From NCBI RefSeq assembly GCF_013315695.1, contig NZ_CP054353.1: a stretch of DNA of 64,000 bases; one strand, given 5' to 3'. Each line of letters opens with the position of its first letter. Position 1 is the stretch's first letter. The notes under the pieces were generated by a model, which did no database searches, was not told where the DNA came from, and saw only the letters and a program-made list of their open reading frames with translations. Below, one piece after another: positions 62,326 through 64,000 of this stretch. A program made the position numbers and the translations under genes. Source of the stretch: Escherichia coli. GTDB taxonomy: Bacteria > Pseudomonadota > Gammaproteobacteria > Enterobacterales > Enterobacteriaceae.

Positions 62326-62946
62326 TTAATCGTGTTGGCACAGCGTTATGACTATTTTTTCTTTTATCTGCCAGTGCACAGCAAACTGCTCATCCTCTAG
62401 TCGAATGATGATCTGCTGTTTATTCCAGCTAATTATCTGATAATCCAGAAAACCTTGAGCGGCCTGTATCTTGCTTGCCTTAAATGCGCTCTCTTTGGCG
62501 GAAAATGCCAGTGTCAGCGCCAGAGAAAAGGTTAAACCGCATTCTGCGAGTCGCTCGTGTTCTGCTGGTGTAATAATGTTGTCTGTCAATTCTCTAGCGG
62601 TTTGTACAGAGAAAATCTCTTCGATATCAATGCCAATCGGTTGACGAGATACCACGGCTAATGCCGTAGTCCCATAGTGACTAATGCTGCCGTATACCCC
62701 CGCAGGCCACACAGGTTGGCGTAGCTCGCCGATTGCGGGCACACATTTATAGCCATATTCCCGCAGCGCATAAACTGCAGCGATCCGTCCGGCTAAATGC
62801 TCTGTTTTACGTTTACGTCCAGCGTGTTGCAGTTGCGCGTAGTGCGGCAGCCAGAGTAAATCCTGCTCGCGAAAACTCGCAGGATCGAACTCAACAAAAT
62901 GCAGCGTATGTCCGGTAAAGGGGAGGGCGGTATGCGTAGTTTTCAT
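62326..62946 (-). CDS. entD: enterobactin synthase 4'-phosphopantetheinyl transferase EntD
   Basis: 206 aa MKTTHTALPFTGHTLHFVEFDP... PPTase motifs (GSISH, FSAKESAFK). Confidence 0.9.
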   Translation of the reverse strand: MKTTHTALPFTGHTLHFVEFDPASFREQDLLWLPHYAQLQHAGRKRKTEHLAGRIAAVYALREYGYKCVPAIGELRQPVWPAGVYGSISHYGTTALAVVSRQPIGIDIEEIFSVQTARELTDNIITPAEHERLAECGLTFSLALTLAFSAKESAFKASKIQAAQGFLDYQIISWNKQQIIIRLEDEQFAVHWQIKEKIVITLCQHD

Positions 62947-62995
62947 GTCAACTATATTATTCCTCCCCCAAATATCGGGGGAGGAAGCGTTAGCA

Positions 62996-64000
62996 TCAGA
63001 AGTGAGTGTTTACGCTCATATACCACGTACGTCCCGGCTCGTTATAGGTATACGCCCCGGCACCGGCGATATAGTTGGCTCCTGCCAGATCGCCCGTGGT
63101 CTGGGCATTACCCGCACGCCACAAACGTTTGTCGAACAGGTTGTCCACGCCGCCGGTCAGACTGACATTCTTCGTCACATCCCAGGTCGCGCTCAGACCC
63201 ACAATGCTGTAAGGACTGATTTCTTTGGTTTCCGGGCCAACCGCTGGCTGACCTTTATAGTTGTACTTCTTCGGCTGCTGCTTGCCGTACCAGGTGAAGG
63301 TCGTTTGCATCGACAAATCTTCCCGTGCCTGCCAGCTCAGCGTTGAGTTCAACGTATACTCCGGGATGATCGACAAACGGTCGCCCGTGGTTTTGTTTTC
63401 ACTCTTCAGCATATAAGTGATGTTATTGGTCCACATCACCGTTTCGCTAACCGGTACGTTTAACGATCCTTCCAGACCTTCAACCACCGCTTTCGGTACG
63501 TTATCCCACTGATAGAGATCGGTGCCGACTGCGTTTTGCCCTACAGCCACATAGCCCGCTTCAATCTTATTGCGATAATCGTTGCGGAACCAGGTGACGC
63601 CCGCCAGCCAGCCGTCGCGTTTGAACTCCAGACCAATCTCTTTGTTGATGCTGGTTTCTGCTTTCAGGTCATCATTACCTTGCAGATAGCAGCCGCCCGC
63701 GCTGGCATAGCAGCCCTGACCTTTACTGTAGAGAATGTAGTTTGGGTTAGTCTGGTACAGACTCGGCGCTTTATAAGCACGGGCAATGCCCATTTTCAGC
63801 GTGAAGTCATCGCCTAAACCTTGCGATATGTTTAGAGCCGGACTCCAGTTATTGCCAACAATGCTGTGATGATCGAAACGCAGCCCCGGCGTTACGATGG
63901 TGCTGTCAGTCAGCTCCATATTGTTTTCGGCAAATAGCGAGAAAATTTCTGCTTTTGAATACGGGCTACGGTCGGTGGCACTCACACCATCAATAGCACC
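62996..64000 (-). CDS. fepA: ferric-enterobactin TonB-dependent receptor FepA, C-terminal part (5' end outside window)
   Basis: Frame open to the window edge. C-terminal TonB-dependent barrel ending ...GRTWYMSVNTHF. Confidence 0.9.
   Translation of the reverse strand, partial: GAIDGVSATDRSPYSKAEIFSLFAENNMELTDSTIVTPGLRFDHHSIVGNNWSPALNISQGLGDDFTLKMGIARAYKAPSLYQTNPNYILYSKGQGCYASAGGCYLQGNDDLKAETSINKEIGLEFKRDGWLAGVTWFRNDYRNKIEAGYVAVGQNAVGTDLYQWDNVPKAVVEGLEGSLNVPVSETVMWTNNITYMLKSENKTTGDRLSIIPEYTLNSTLSWQAREDLSMQTTFTWYGKQQPKKYNYKGQPAVGPETKEISPYSIVGLSATWDVTKNVSLTGGVDNLFDKRLWRAGNAQTTGDLAGANYIAGAGAYTYNEPGRTWYMSVNTHF

Overview
This window is Escherichia coli chromosome running from the sfm fimbrial cluster and fimZ, through tRNA-Arg argU, to entD and fepA.

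**Prophage (2070-38801).** A 47-bp direct repeat made from the 3' part of argU bounds a ~36.7-kb defective lambdoid prophage at the DLP12 attachment site. It is a mosaic, in this order:
- DLP12-type int/xis and three early-left genes.
- An IS1 with no target-site duplication that sits where the immunity, replication and Q regions should be.
- An intact nmpC porin moron.
- A phage-21-type pinholin, SAR-endolysin and Rz/Rz1 lysis cassette.
- A KilA-N gene pair, a frameshifted ybcV and ylcI.
- cos and a complete Nu1-to-J head/tail module. From memory it is near-identical to phage lambda, with almost every gene at lambda length.

The right end of the prophage is non-lambda:
- The J C-terminus is replaced.
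- The side tail fibre is chimeric, with a 189-bp tandem duplication and a low-GC distal domain.
- An unrecognised three-gene cassette follows it: a 93-aa protein, a mini-fibre with a peptidase-S74 chaperone domain, and a 97-aa membrane protein.
- Two tfa remnants flank an intact ybcY methyltransferase.
- A secreted alpha/beta-hydrolase peptidase and ompT complete the island.

**Right of attR.**
- envY, then ybcH-nfrA-nfrB. This is a translationally coupled, synthase-dependent exopolysaccharide module, and nfrB is 670 codons here against the 745 I recall for K-12.
- cusRS/cusCFBA, pheP, ybdG, nfsB, ybdF, ybdJ and ybdK.
- A 1885-bp ISL3-family element with an 8-bp target duplication. It carries a ClbS/DfsB-like passenger gene and is inserted just upstream of hokE.
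- entD and the 3' part of fepA.

No CRISPR array, rRNA or second functional tRNA was seen. Comparisons to lambda and K-12 rest on my memory of those sequences and need alignment to confirm.
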